From assembly GCF_006345805.1 (NCBI RefSeq), contig NC_043021.1:5580001-5644000 (forward strand): a stretch of DNA of 64,000 nt. Direction: 5' to 3'. The translations under genes and the position numbers were made by a program. Below the pieces are notes generated by a model. That model was not told where the DNA came from. It searched no databases and saw only the letters and a program-made list of their open reading frames with translations. Below are positions 36,814 through 48,108 of the stretch, piece after piece (the first letter of the stretch is position 1; each line of letters starts with the position of its first letter). Source of the stretch: Octopus sinensis. Taxonomy: Eukaryota.

Positions 36814-37098
36814 CAATGCCAGGTGCCCTTTGGAAATACAAGTTTCTTCGACCATGATGGCCTGCCATACTGCGAACAGCATTACCATGCCAAACGAGGC
36901 TCCCTGTGTTCCGATTGCCAGCAGCCGATTACTGGGCCGAGCATCATAGCCATGGGTCGCAAGTTTCACCCAAAGCATTTCACGTGTGCCTTCTGTCGTA
37001 AACAACTGAACAACGTCACCTTTAAGGAACAGAATGAGAAACCCTACTGTCACCCCTGCTTCAGCAAACTCTTTGCCGGGACGAAGATGATGGATTAA
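36814..37098 (+). CDS. PXN: Paxillin-like last coding exon: end of LIM3, LIM4 and stop
   Basis: ttgcAG|CAA acceptor. [38 protein letters not shown]...[10 protein letters not shown]...[18 protein letters not shown]. All Zn ligands present; TAA at 37096-37098. Confidence 0.95.
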   Translation, partial: QCQVPFGNTSFFDHDGLPYCEQHYHAKRGSLCSDCQQPITGPSIIAMGRKFHPKHFTCAFCRKQLNNVTFKEQNEKPYCHPCFSKLFAGTKMMD

Positions 37099-38650
37099 TG
37101 AAGAATTTAGGGATTTATTGATGGTTGGGGAGGTGGGGGGGTTGGAGAATTTAAAGAAGTTTGTGTCAATTCGTTTCTCTTTGAGATCTGATATTTAAAT
37201 AAATAAATAAAATAAATATAAAATTTTCCCCTTCCCCGAAAATATATAAATAATGAGGGAAGGAAAGTGGGGGGTGGGGATTATATATATATATAAAAAA
37301 AACAAAAAAATATTGATTTGCAATATTTGGAGTGTATACTCACATTTTACACATACACACACAAATGCATATACATATATATGCACTTACATACATACAT
37401 ACGCTATAAGCCAACGTGTGTAAAATGAAAATGTATATATATATAAATATATACGACTGTTGAATTACCAGCAACTGCTGGTAGGAGTGTAATTGGAGTG
37501 GTCTCCCCTTATACTGTCTTGAACGGAAACACGTGTAGGTGGACGCGTGTATGTGTGTAACTTTTCCATTTTGATTCCAAGATAAAAAAAATTTTTTTAA
37601 ATTATGTAAAAGAAAGCTAGATGACAAAAAAAAACACATAATGAACTAAAATCAACCACTCTCACATGAACGCATTCAGTCACTTATAAAAGTTATGTGC
37701 TATATTCACTTTATAAAAAGAGGTTCTGAACGAATGAAAAGGGGGGGGTGCAAGACGATAGCAGGAGGTGTGGTAGGAGGAGGAAGAGGAGAAGAAGAAG
37801 AATTTCTGAAACAAACAATGTCGGCGTGATTGCTATTTTGAATTTGTTGGGGTGGGGGGATGAGTCGGGTGGGCGCGGGTGGGTGAGGGTTGTCTTCATT
37901 ACACAGCAGCAGCAGCAACAATGATGATTATAACATTTTTTTTTTAAATATATTTTCCCCTGCTTATGGAAAATTATTCTACTTATTTGAATTTCTATCA
38001 AGACTGAAATACCATTCTTGACAATAATAATAAATAACAACAGACATTTCTATGATAAACATAGATGGTTTCTTATATTACGAAGTGATTATGATTAAAA
38101 AAATATTTGCATGTATGTATGTGCGTATATATATATATATGTGTGTAATTGTATTCCGAAGCCAAAGCTTCTTGAATCTTAAATCTTTGTTTCATGTTGC
38201 CAACTTGTTCAAAGGATTTCCAAATGTTCAAAAATGTAACGTGAAACTCTGAGTTAGAAGTCAAGATGATTCAGCTTACAACAGAATAGAACTATGCACT
38301 CAAACACACACACACTACATATATGTGTATATCTATGTGTGTATATATATATATGTGTGTACGCACATACATGCATGCATCTATATGCATACAAAGGTTA
38401 CATACACAATAAAAAAATGCAAGAGTTTAAAAACAAAAGCCTTATACAAAAAAATACAATAATAACAATAATAATAATTGCTCCTAAAAAGGGGTAGTTG
38501 TTTTGTTTGGATATTTTTCTTGTTTGTTTGTTTTTTTCTTTTTGTTTTGTAGATTTATTTAGTCGGTCCTGGAGTTGGATTTATATTATATCATATTATA
38601 CTATACTATATTATATTATATTTCAAAAATAAAATTAATATGATGGTTTT
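37099..38650 (+). other. Probable 3' UTR of the paxillin-like gene (end uncertain)
   Basis: Follows the stop codon, lacks recognisable SINE copies unlike the introns, and has AATAAA motifs near 37200 and at 38628-38633. Confidence 0.4.
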
Positions 38651-39734
38651 TACATATATTTTGTTTGGAGTGAATTATTCTTAACTTGTTGGAAAAAAAA
38701 AATTATGATAAATGAAAATATAATTTTACAAGGTAGGGTTACAAGGTGTGACCCTCATCCTGTCTTAAGGTAAAAAGTTTGATTCCCAAACTTCTCACCA
38801 CACAGCTATTTTTCTCTGCAAAAATTGCTGAACTCTTTGGTTTTGTAGATTTGCAATCTGCATGGTTTTCTCAATAGTGCTAGTGGCATGCAAAAGCACC
38901 CGGTATGCACTGTGAAGTGATTGGCATTAGGAAGGGCATCCAGCCACAGAAACCATGTCAAAGCAAATACTCAAACACAATGCAGTCCTGGGACACATTG
39001 GGTCTTTGTCAAACCATCCAATCCATGCCAGCATGAAACATGGACAATAAATGGTGATGATGATATAGTGTTTTCACACTTGTCAATTCGTAGAAATTTC
39101 TCCAGGGATTACCTAAATGTGTTGGATATGATTTTATATGAATGTTTTACTCAACACTACTTTGTGTGGCTTTATGTATTCAATGGTTGCTTGACAAAGC
39201 TTTATGCACATCAGTATATGCACAATATGCTATTATAATATATATAAATGAATTTGTTCTTACTGGGCTGTGAATGACAGATTTGTTCTTCTTAGTTGAC
39301 AATGCAAAACAACATAGAAAGACATGCATCTTATTCACAGCCCAATGTGTTTTCATACATGTTGAGGAGAATTTTCTCCTGGAACTATTTGCACAATGGA
39401 AAGTTTTCTACATTTGGGTGTGCTTGAGCATGTAAATACAATGAGTGTGTATACACACACACACACGGTTTGTGGATTAACTATGCTATTGATAATTTTA
39501 TCCGAAATGGACTCAGTTACTGACATGCTAAAGTGGAATGGTTGAAGAATTGGGAATTTTTACCCACATGAAACCAGCACTATTGATCCACACATAAAGA
39601 ATATTTATCCACCAAATATAGTTTTAATCACTCATTCTCACTGTTTAATTCTATCTATCTATCTCTTTGTCTCTGTCTGCCTGTCTCTGTTTATCTGCTT
39701 ATCCAGGTATCTGTCTGTCTGCCTGATCCCTACA

Positions 39735-42700
39735 TACCTTGGTCATAGGGCCACAAAATTAAAAATCAAAGATGTGCCTCCTGAGATACAAATAAAATGG
39801 CTTGTGTCTGCCATTTATTATGATACTGAGGAGGCTATCCACACCTTATAAATCGCTGTCCTAGACCAGCAAAATTGGATTGCTCAAGGAGTAGAAATCC
39901 TTGCTCAAGTCGATCCAATCAGTATTGAAATTATTCCACATCTCATCAAACTGGCAGACGGTTCGAATTTACATGAGGCTGTCAAAGGCAGAAAGCCACA
40001 TTGCTATGTTTATGGTAGCAAACCACACTTAAAAATTAATTGCCCATTAGCACAGAAACAACAACCACAACAATAAGTAAACTAAAAACCAAGAATAAAA
40101 AACAGCATTGCTACCCACACCACCATATGCACAACTGATAAAACAGCTCTACCAACAAATGAAAGAATATCAGCAACCAACAAACAAGCTCAACTAATGG
40201 CATCCCCATCAGCACCACCAAGAACAGAAACAACACCATCACCACCACCACCATCAACAACTCCAAAGAAAGAAGAGAAAAACAAAAGGACTCATATTCC
40301 ACCCCCCAAAACCCATATACCACACACCAACCAACACCGATAACAAAATCAACATTAATGCACTCATAAATAGACCCCAACACCCTTCCCTTTCCACAAA
40401 GGGTTGGCAAGTGGCCAGAGGGGGAAAAGAATAGAGAAACAAACAAAGCAGGAAGGTTTACCACCCCTGAAACCAAAACACCCGAAGAAAACAAAAGTAT
40501 TAACACAAACACAAGAACACCAAATGGCCCCACAATGTTGACAGCTATAAACACTAACAATTCAAAGTGAATGGAATACATTAAGTCAAACACCAACATA
40601 ACAGAAAACGATATCAAAACAAATAATCACCCACACACAACACATTAAAATCATGCATATAACACACTGAAATCTCTCTACCCAGATGCAGTAGGAAGAT
40701 TCCAAAAATACCTGTCTAAAAAACTGTACAAAACTCTTCTGGGAGAAGACTGAGGTGGAGGACAAACAACTTTCAAACACCAAGTGACTCTCTCTTTTTC
40801 ATCTTCCTTTCATGTGAAAAACACAACTTTTGATAGGACCATGCTCAGAATAGGTTTTATAAATGTACGTGGCTTGGGGTTGCCTTGGAAACAAGGCTAC
40901 CTGTTAAATGACATCAAGTCACAGAATGTGCATATCATAGCCATCAGTGAGACCAGACTCCACAACCAGTGGGCCCTCCAGCACATGTTCGGTGCACATT
41001 TTGACATTTATTTTTCTCCTTGTCTGCTGAGAATGGGTGGAGGTGGTACCATGGTGCTTCTTCGGAAGGGTATGGACCTTAAAGTAAGAGCAATATTCCT
41101 CGACCCAGAGGATACGCTGGACGTCTTGGATGTCGATGGCAGTAATGGGTGTGCTTTTCGACTGGTAACAGTTTATGCACCGTCCTTAACAGGTCGGCTA
41201 TATTACTTTTGACGTCTAGAGGTTTTCCTGGGAACGGCTCAACCTTTACTTTTAGTGGGAGATTGGAACACTACCTTGGACACGCATCTAGACTACTTGG
41301 GTAGAGATAGTAATAGGAGGGGATGTAAATTCATCAAAGACCTGCTCAGACGTTTCCAACTGTCTGAAAGGTACTGACTGGACCATGTGCCAATGTGGAC
41401 ATGGTGCAACCGCATCGGATTGTCCAGATCATATTTAGATAGAGTATTCTGTAGGACAGTGTAGGTTGTCCACAATTCCATATAGTCAACCACACAGATC
41501 ACAAATTTGTGACTTGTATGCTTGACTTAGATAAGAGCCACAGCCAGGGTCCTAGTTACTGGAAGCTGAATGCGTTGTTCACAGCATGCCAGGCTTACAG
41601 GGACTGGATTAGCACATTAGTAAAATGAGCACTGACGGGTGCCATCGTCAACAAAAGATGGTGGTATGCCCTAAAGAAAGCAATTAAAGCAGAATTGGTT
41701 AAGTATAGTAAGGCTCTAGCATTAGACTGAAATAGAACAGAGGGAGACCTAGATAAGAAATTAGAAGAGGGACTTAGAGCTGGCATCATGTCCAACATAC
41801 TGGTGGCAAGGTTGGCCCTCGACCAACACTTCAACACCAGACACAAAGGATGCGTTGTCAGAGCTAAGATGCGTGCTCTGGGGAATGAAGAGGTTGGAGC
41901 CACCCCAGTGGTGGAGGCATAACGAGGCAACAAAGCCACCACTAGGTCTCTGACAGAAGAACAAGAGCGCAAATTACTTGAGCCCAAAAGGATGTGTGAG
42001 GCCTTTCAACAATACTTTGCCTGACTGTTTGCGACAACTAGTGGGTCAGAACACAGGGTGGACTTTAGTGCCAACCTGCTTGGCCTGCCACAACTCTTGG
42101 CAAGAGAGGCGGAGTGTTGTGGAAGACCCATCACAGCCACGGACGTATGGGATGCAATGGCAGGCTGCACAGGAGACAAGTTGCCAGGCTCGGATGGTCT
42201 GCCCTATGAACTCTATTGTCATATGCCAGACTTGTTTGGAGGTGTCTTGACAGCTGTCTACTGCAACTGGCAGCAAAACGGGAGTATTTCCATTTCTGTG
42301 AAGTGAGGAGCAGTGGCACTGCTAAAGAAAAATTCAAACAAGGGGAACGTCATAGATAACTTCAGGCCCATCACTCTGTTCAATGCAGATTTGAAGATTT
42401 TGGCCAAGGTGCTAGCTGAGAGGTTGGCACTTGTCATTGAGAAACTGGTTGACAAGGCACAAACATGCACTGTGCCGGGCAAGAGTATCCATGATAACCA
42501 GCATCTGATGGGCTACCTCATAGAGAAGATAGTTAAGGAACCTGGCATTGGTGATGCACTGATCAATTTGGATCAATCGAAAGCTTTTGATAGGGTCAAC
42601 CATCACTACTTGAAGGCTGTCCTTAGAGAGGCTGGTTTCAGTCCTGTTTTAAACAGAGGCATCCGCTTGGTAGTTCGCATAAATAGTCATCTGTCCAGAC

Positions 42701-43250
42701 CATTTAACATCACACGTTCTGTCCATCAAGGATGCCCCTTCTCGTCGCTTCTGTACGTATTGACTCTAGAGCCACTTCTGCAGAAGCTGGCAATGCTGAG
42801 GGACATCCCATGAGAAGTGGTATTTGGGAGGAGTGTGTCTGCATACGTGGATGATGTTACCGTAATATTGTCGAGCCGCAGGCATATTGACCTGATTGGC
42901 AAGACACTAAAAGAATATGGAGCAGTAACAAGAGCGAAAATTAACCAGGAAAACTCAGTGGGTTTGCAGCTCGGCACCTGGAGAAGGAAACCTATGCCAT
43001 TCAACAGTGTCTTCATCATGGGACACTGGACCAACAGATGGGTTAAATTGCTCGGGGTCTGGTTCAGTCCGGAGCTCCAAATGGATAAGAACTGGGACAA
43101 GATAATGAGTAGGGTGGCTACTCTCATCCAGCAATGGGCTGAGAGGAAGCTATCCCCAAAAGGTTTTCCTCTTTTTTCTCTTTCGAAAAGAAAAGCTCTA
43201 CGTTGTATTTTGTCTCCTCTGTGTTCAGCCATGTGTGGCTAATAAAGAAA
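39735..43250 (+). mobile_element. Decayed L1/Tx1-clade LINE: ORF1 remnant, ORF2 (APE + RT), internally deleted 3' part
   Basis: ORF1 with a degenerate knuckle KGRKPHCYVYGSKPHLKINCP. ORF2 from ATG 40841 (MLRIGFINVRGL..ISETRL, GDWN, SYLDRV), RT motifs PGSDGLPYELY, NFRPITL, DQSKAFDRV, QGCPFS, YVDD. Several stops and frameshifts; AATAAA at 43241. Confidence 0.9.
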
Positions 43251-43251
43251 G

Positions 43252-43619
43252 ATATCTATCCATCTATCTATCTAATTATCCCTCTATGTAATTATCTATC
43301 TAATTATCCATCTATTTAATCATCTATCTAATTATCCATCTATTTAATCATCTATCTAATTATCCATCTATTTAATTATCTATCCATCCATCCATTTATC
43401 TATCTATTTAATTATCTATCCATCCATCTATTTAATTATCTATCCATCTATCTATTTAATTATCTACCTACCTACCTACTTCTGTCTGTCTGCCTTTCTG
43501 TCTGTCTATCTATCTATCTATCTATCTATTTAATTATCTACCTACCTACCTACCTGCCTTCTGTCTGTCTGTCTATCTATCTATTTAATTATCTATCCAT
43601 CTATCTATTTAATTATCAC

Positions 43620-43653
<34 letters not shown>

Positions 43654-43693
43654 GTCTGTCTGTCTGTCTGTCTATTTGTCTGTCTATCTATCT
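43252..43693. repeat. (TCTA)/(TCCA)/(TCTG)n compound microsatellite
   Basis: Directly visible. Confidence 0.92.
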
Positions 43694-45055
43694 AGTTAGC
43701 CAACTGTTGTTCACTGAGTTCCATTAATGACACTTGTATATAACAATGTTTTTTTTTTGTTTCTTTTTTCAAATGCTCAGAGTCATTAGTAAGCATTCCC
43801 CAGTGGACCAAGCACAAATTGAAGGTAGCTGTCTTGGTGCCTAAATGTCGAATGCTCACAGCCCTCTTTAACAGTTGGATATCACAGTTTGGTAGAGTGT
43901 CAATCATTAGCCCTTACGTTTTATAGATGTTTAGTGGAGGGTAATATGAACAACAGTGGCCTTTGGGGATAGCCTGGGTCCCTATGAAGGATAATCTGTA
44001 CAGCTTTTTTCGAAGAACTTTCAGATTCGGAACTATAAATATTAGGTCGCGCGTGCGCAACTCAAGGGAAATAACCATTGCAATAATCCTGAAACGATTA
44101 CGTCCCTTTATAAAAATTCATTTATCCTTTTCGTACCATTTGGTCCAGTATTGGAATCTTGCGCAACGTCTCGTTCATGTTCAAGAAATGGGTCTACTAT
44201 GTCTCTATCTTATTTTATCTGCAGTGGAATAATCGCTAGGATTCAGCATGAAACCATTAGGAATTACAACTGTGTTTCGTGGTCTGCTACCACAACATCT
44301 CCTTTATAGGATCCAGTTAGCTCAAGACATCATCAGGAGGGACCACGTCCGGTTTCGGCCCCCTACGCCTCTACCGTTTTGACGTGCCCCCCCCCTTTCG
44401 GAGGTGTCTTCAGCTCTGGTGTTGGGTGCATGTCTTCTTTCTTCTGTTCCCTGGCCTCTTCGGTGTATCGTCAGCGAGTGTCAGCCGGTGACTGACTGTC
44501 TTGTCAAATTTTTCCCTTAAAAAAAAAACAAAAAAAACCACCTATTATTCTATATCTAAAACCATGGTAGCCTGTATATACTGGCCCACAGCCCAGTCTC
44601 GAACCTGCTGCAGTGTAACTTATCAGTGACTAGATTGTAATCGACTGACCCCTCCCGCGAATTCACTGGACATGCCGGGCAAAATGCTTAATGGCATTTT
44701 GTCCAGCGTACGTTCTGAGTTCAAATTCTGCCGAGGTCAACTTTGCCTTTCCTCCTTTCGGGGACGATGTAATCGATTTATTCCCCCCTCCACCACCCCA
44801 AATTGCTACCTTTGTGGTAAAATTTATAACTATTACTATTGTTGTTGTTATTTAAAGGCGGCGAGCTGGCAGGATTGTTAGCACGCCGGGCGAAATGCTT
44901 AGCAGCATTTCGTCTGTCTTTATGCTCTGAGTTCAAAATCTGCTGAGGTCGACTTTGCCTTTCATCCTTTTGGAATCGATAAATTAAGTACCTGTAAAAT
45001 ATTGAGGTCGAAGTTATTGACTAGTCCCCTCCCCCAAAATCTCAGGCCTTGTGCC

Positions 45056-45103
<48 letters not shown>

Positions 45104-45664
45104 TATTGAGTGAGAGAGCAATGCATGCCATCAAAGTGAAGCCCAGTATACCCATCATAATTACTTGTCTGATAAGGGTACACCAGGCACATGCATCACA
45201 ACCATATGTGCGCAACATGGTGGTCTTATATCAAGATAAACAGCACATGACCTTGCAGGTGGGGGCCCAGTTAGAATTTTTTTCAGGTTGAGTAGCCCAT
45301 CCCGCTCAAAAGGTCCCTGAATAAGGTTTGTTTAAGGATGTTGAACGAAACACCCATGTTTCCAGAAGTGAATTATTCAAACCCCAAAGAATCCCTCTCA
45401 ACATATGGCTTTAATGCTCTCCCACTACTTCTGCACATGAGCAGAGATGCACATATCGTCAGCCACTAAGGGACATGCTCAGCTGGTTAAGGTCAAACAA
45501 CCGACAAGCAAATCTGTGGTATTGAGCAGAATATTTGCTGTAGCCCATCTTTTATACCAAGACAAAACAATGTACATGAACCAAGGGAGGAAAGACAAAG
45601 AAGGGCAGAGTTGAGCAATTAAAAGGTGATTATACTGGCAGTGACCGAGCATGGCCGCAGCCCC

Positions 45665-45784
45665 AGGTCTACCAAATCCACTCACAAAGCTTTCGTCGGC
45701 CCGAGGCTATAGTAGAAGACACTTGACCAAGGTGCCACGCAGTGGGACTGAATACAGAACCATGTGGTTGGGAAGCAGGCTTCT
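45665..45784 (-). mobile_element. SINE B head remnant interrupted at AGAAGCCTGCTTCC
   Basis: Reverse complement of the head from agaagcctgcttcccaaccac to ggatttggtagac; the head's first ~25 nt are absent. Confidence 0.8.
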
Positions 45785-46242
45785 TTATTTCATTACATTT
45801 GCCATAAAGGCAGTACATACAGTAAAGTAGCATTGCAGGCTGGACAAGGACATTAATGAAATGAATGATAATGAAAGAAAGATGATAAGGATGGGAGAAG
45901 ACAAAAAGCGCCTGCCGACTCCTGCTTCTCTAAAACATTGTTCTTTAAAACCAAACACAAAACGAGGTATTAAACCTCTTACAACTTTTGGACTTAACAA
46001 ACAACATAGTTCAATAATTACATGTATATAAATACAATACACAAAGCCCCTCCTCCCAGACCTGGCTTACGCTTCCCTCAGGCAATGCACCAGCTCTAGG
46101 TCGGGGCCCCAGAAGGCGTATCTAAACATGTCCTTTGAGAAGGTGTTCATTACCCTGACCATAGCGACATCCGATATGATCTTCGTAGTCCCCTGCGAAG
46201 GCCACTCCTCGTCCTCTGTCCAGGGCATGGGCTCCTCCCTCT
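45785..46242 (-). mobile_element. ORF1-only L1/Tx1-like element, unit 1 (5'-truncated)
   Basis: C-terminal ORF1 piece EDEEWPSQGTTKIISD...FRY, then 3' UTR and AATAAA; 3' UTR homologous to unit 3. Confidence 0.65.
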
Positions 46243-46257
46243 GGGAAGCAAGCTTCT

Positions 46258-48094
46258 TTATTTTATCAAATTAGCCATGGAGGCCTTACACTTACATAAA
46301 AATCAAAACGTCAATCAAACATCAAAAATACATTATCACTTTTCCCTACCTCCTCTTTCCGGGGACCCCAGTCAAATATCTAGCCGCCTGCAGAGCAGAC
46401 CACGTTGACAGCCGGGAGTTCAGAAAGAAGGCGAAGTGCCTATTATCAAATGTTTGTGTCACACAGTGCCACGATTTATAACTCACCCTCAACATAACTT
46501 GTGCCCGCATCCTCCTCCATCCTCCACGCCTCTTTCAAGATCGAATCGAGTTCCGTGTCAGCGTTGCCCGGGAACAAGCGATATTCCTCATCGAGCCCCT
46601 TCAAGCCTAAACGTCTCGTCAAATGTTATGGTCTCCACAGCTATCTGTGGAGGCCATTCGGGATCCTGTGTGAAGGCTAAAGGTGCTCCCTTATGGTGCT
46701 TTTCCACCACCTTTTCAACCTCTCCGCCTCTATAGAAGAAGATCAATAATTCGTCTTCCTCCGGGGGCGGGATATCCAATTCTTCCGTTGGCGGCACAGT
46801 ACCCGCCAACGGTGTTTCTTCTCCTGCCGGTGGCACAACCCCAACCGACGTAGTTCCAGGATATTCCAGTATTAAGGCACCGACTGCCGGCAATGTTCCG
46901 TTTCTCTTCCTCTTTTTTTTTCTTTTCAACTGAGGAAGGGTGCGTCTCCTCCGTGACCAAGAGATTCGTCTTCCCCTCCTCATCTCTAGGATCCTTCGGT
47001 GAGCAACAATGGGTGCTCACCTTCTTCCTCTTTCGGCCCCTGTTTGAGGAGTCCTCCGCCTCCTCGGCCGCCTTCATTCCCTCTTCTACAGAGGTCTCAC
47101 TCAACTGCTCCGGGACCTTATTTTGTTCCTGGGGACAGTTTTTCTTTATATAGCCTGACTCCAGGCACCGATGACACCTGGTGGTGGGGGGGACCTTCAA
47201 ATAGCAACCACACCGTTGCGTATTTGACACCCCTGGAAATGAATTTAATTTTTGGCAAATACTCTGCCAACTCCTTTTCAATTGCCATCTTTTCGAATAG
47301 GGCGATGGTGTAGCATGACTTGGAGTAGGTTCTCAACACCATCGTCCCAACTTCACGGTCTTTCAACTTTTTGGGCAGTATAATCTCCCTCTCCAAAACT
47401 TTGTTTTTTTTTTCATTGCCCCCCCCCCCCTTTTTTTTTGAAAATATGTTCAAAATAAAACTTAAAAAGAGAGAAGAAAAATGAAATCAAAAGAAAGTCA
47501 CAATAAACAAAAAGGAGAAAGTCAAATAAAGTTTAGAAGAAAGAAAGTCAATAGTTCAGAAACACAGCAAAAAAAAAAAATCTTCCAGCCATTCGGTACT
47601 CCCGGCTTAGGTTGAACCCGGAACGCCACAACTGGAACACAACTTCCACAAAAATTGATATACAAATTGTTCAAGCTTCGGAGGCAAAAACACTGCCCCA
47701 AACAGCAGTTCTCACAATTATTTTAAAATTCTTCAAAAGGCACAATACTCCTTCAAGCAACAATTAAGTGAGAAAATATTCCTCCAAGCAATAATTAAGT
47801 GAGAAAAATATTCACTCAACATAAACCGAAGACGAATACGCCCCTAAACAAAAATTCTCACAATTCAGCGAGAAAAAAATATTCTCTCGATGCAAGCAGA
47901 ACCAGAATTCTGAATCCAGTAGGACTTTGTACAAAAACCAATTCTCAACAAAAATTCCCACTGGACCCCCACCAAAAAAAAAAATAGAATCTTACCTTGC
48001 AAAGGAGCTTCAAAATTTTTCAATTCGAGACGGCTTCCAAAGCATGTCTCACCGCTTTGGTGCCAAACACCACAATAATTCGCACATGCGCAGT
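46258..48094 (-). mobile_element. ORF1-only L1/Tx1-like element, unit 2 (5' UTR, ORF1 with apparent internal deletion, 3' UTR)
   Basis: MVLRTYSK...KFISRGVKYATV, knuckle RCHRCLESGYIKKNCP, basic KRKK runs, DPEWPPQ; ~200-bp 3' UTR and AATAAA; no APE/RT. Confidence 0.7.
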
Positions 48095-48108
48095 GGAAGC
48101 AAGCTTCT

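Noticed and set aside
43963-44520. FGTINIRS-containing ORF resembling a LINE endonuclease start
   Set aside because: Only one short motif; homology could not be extended, so it was left unannotated.
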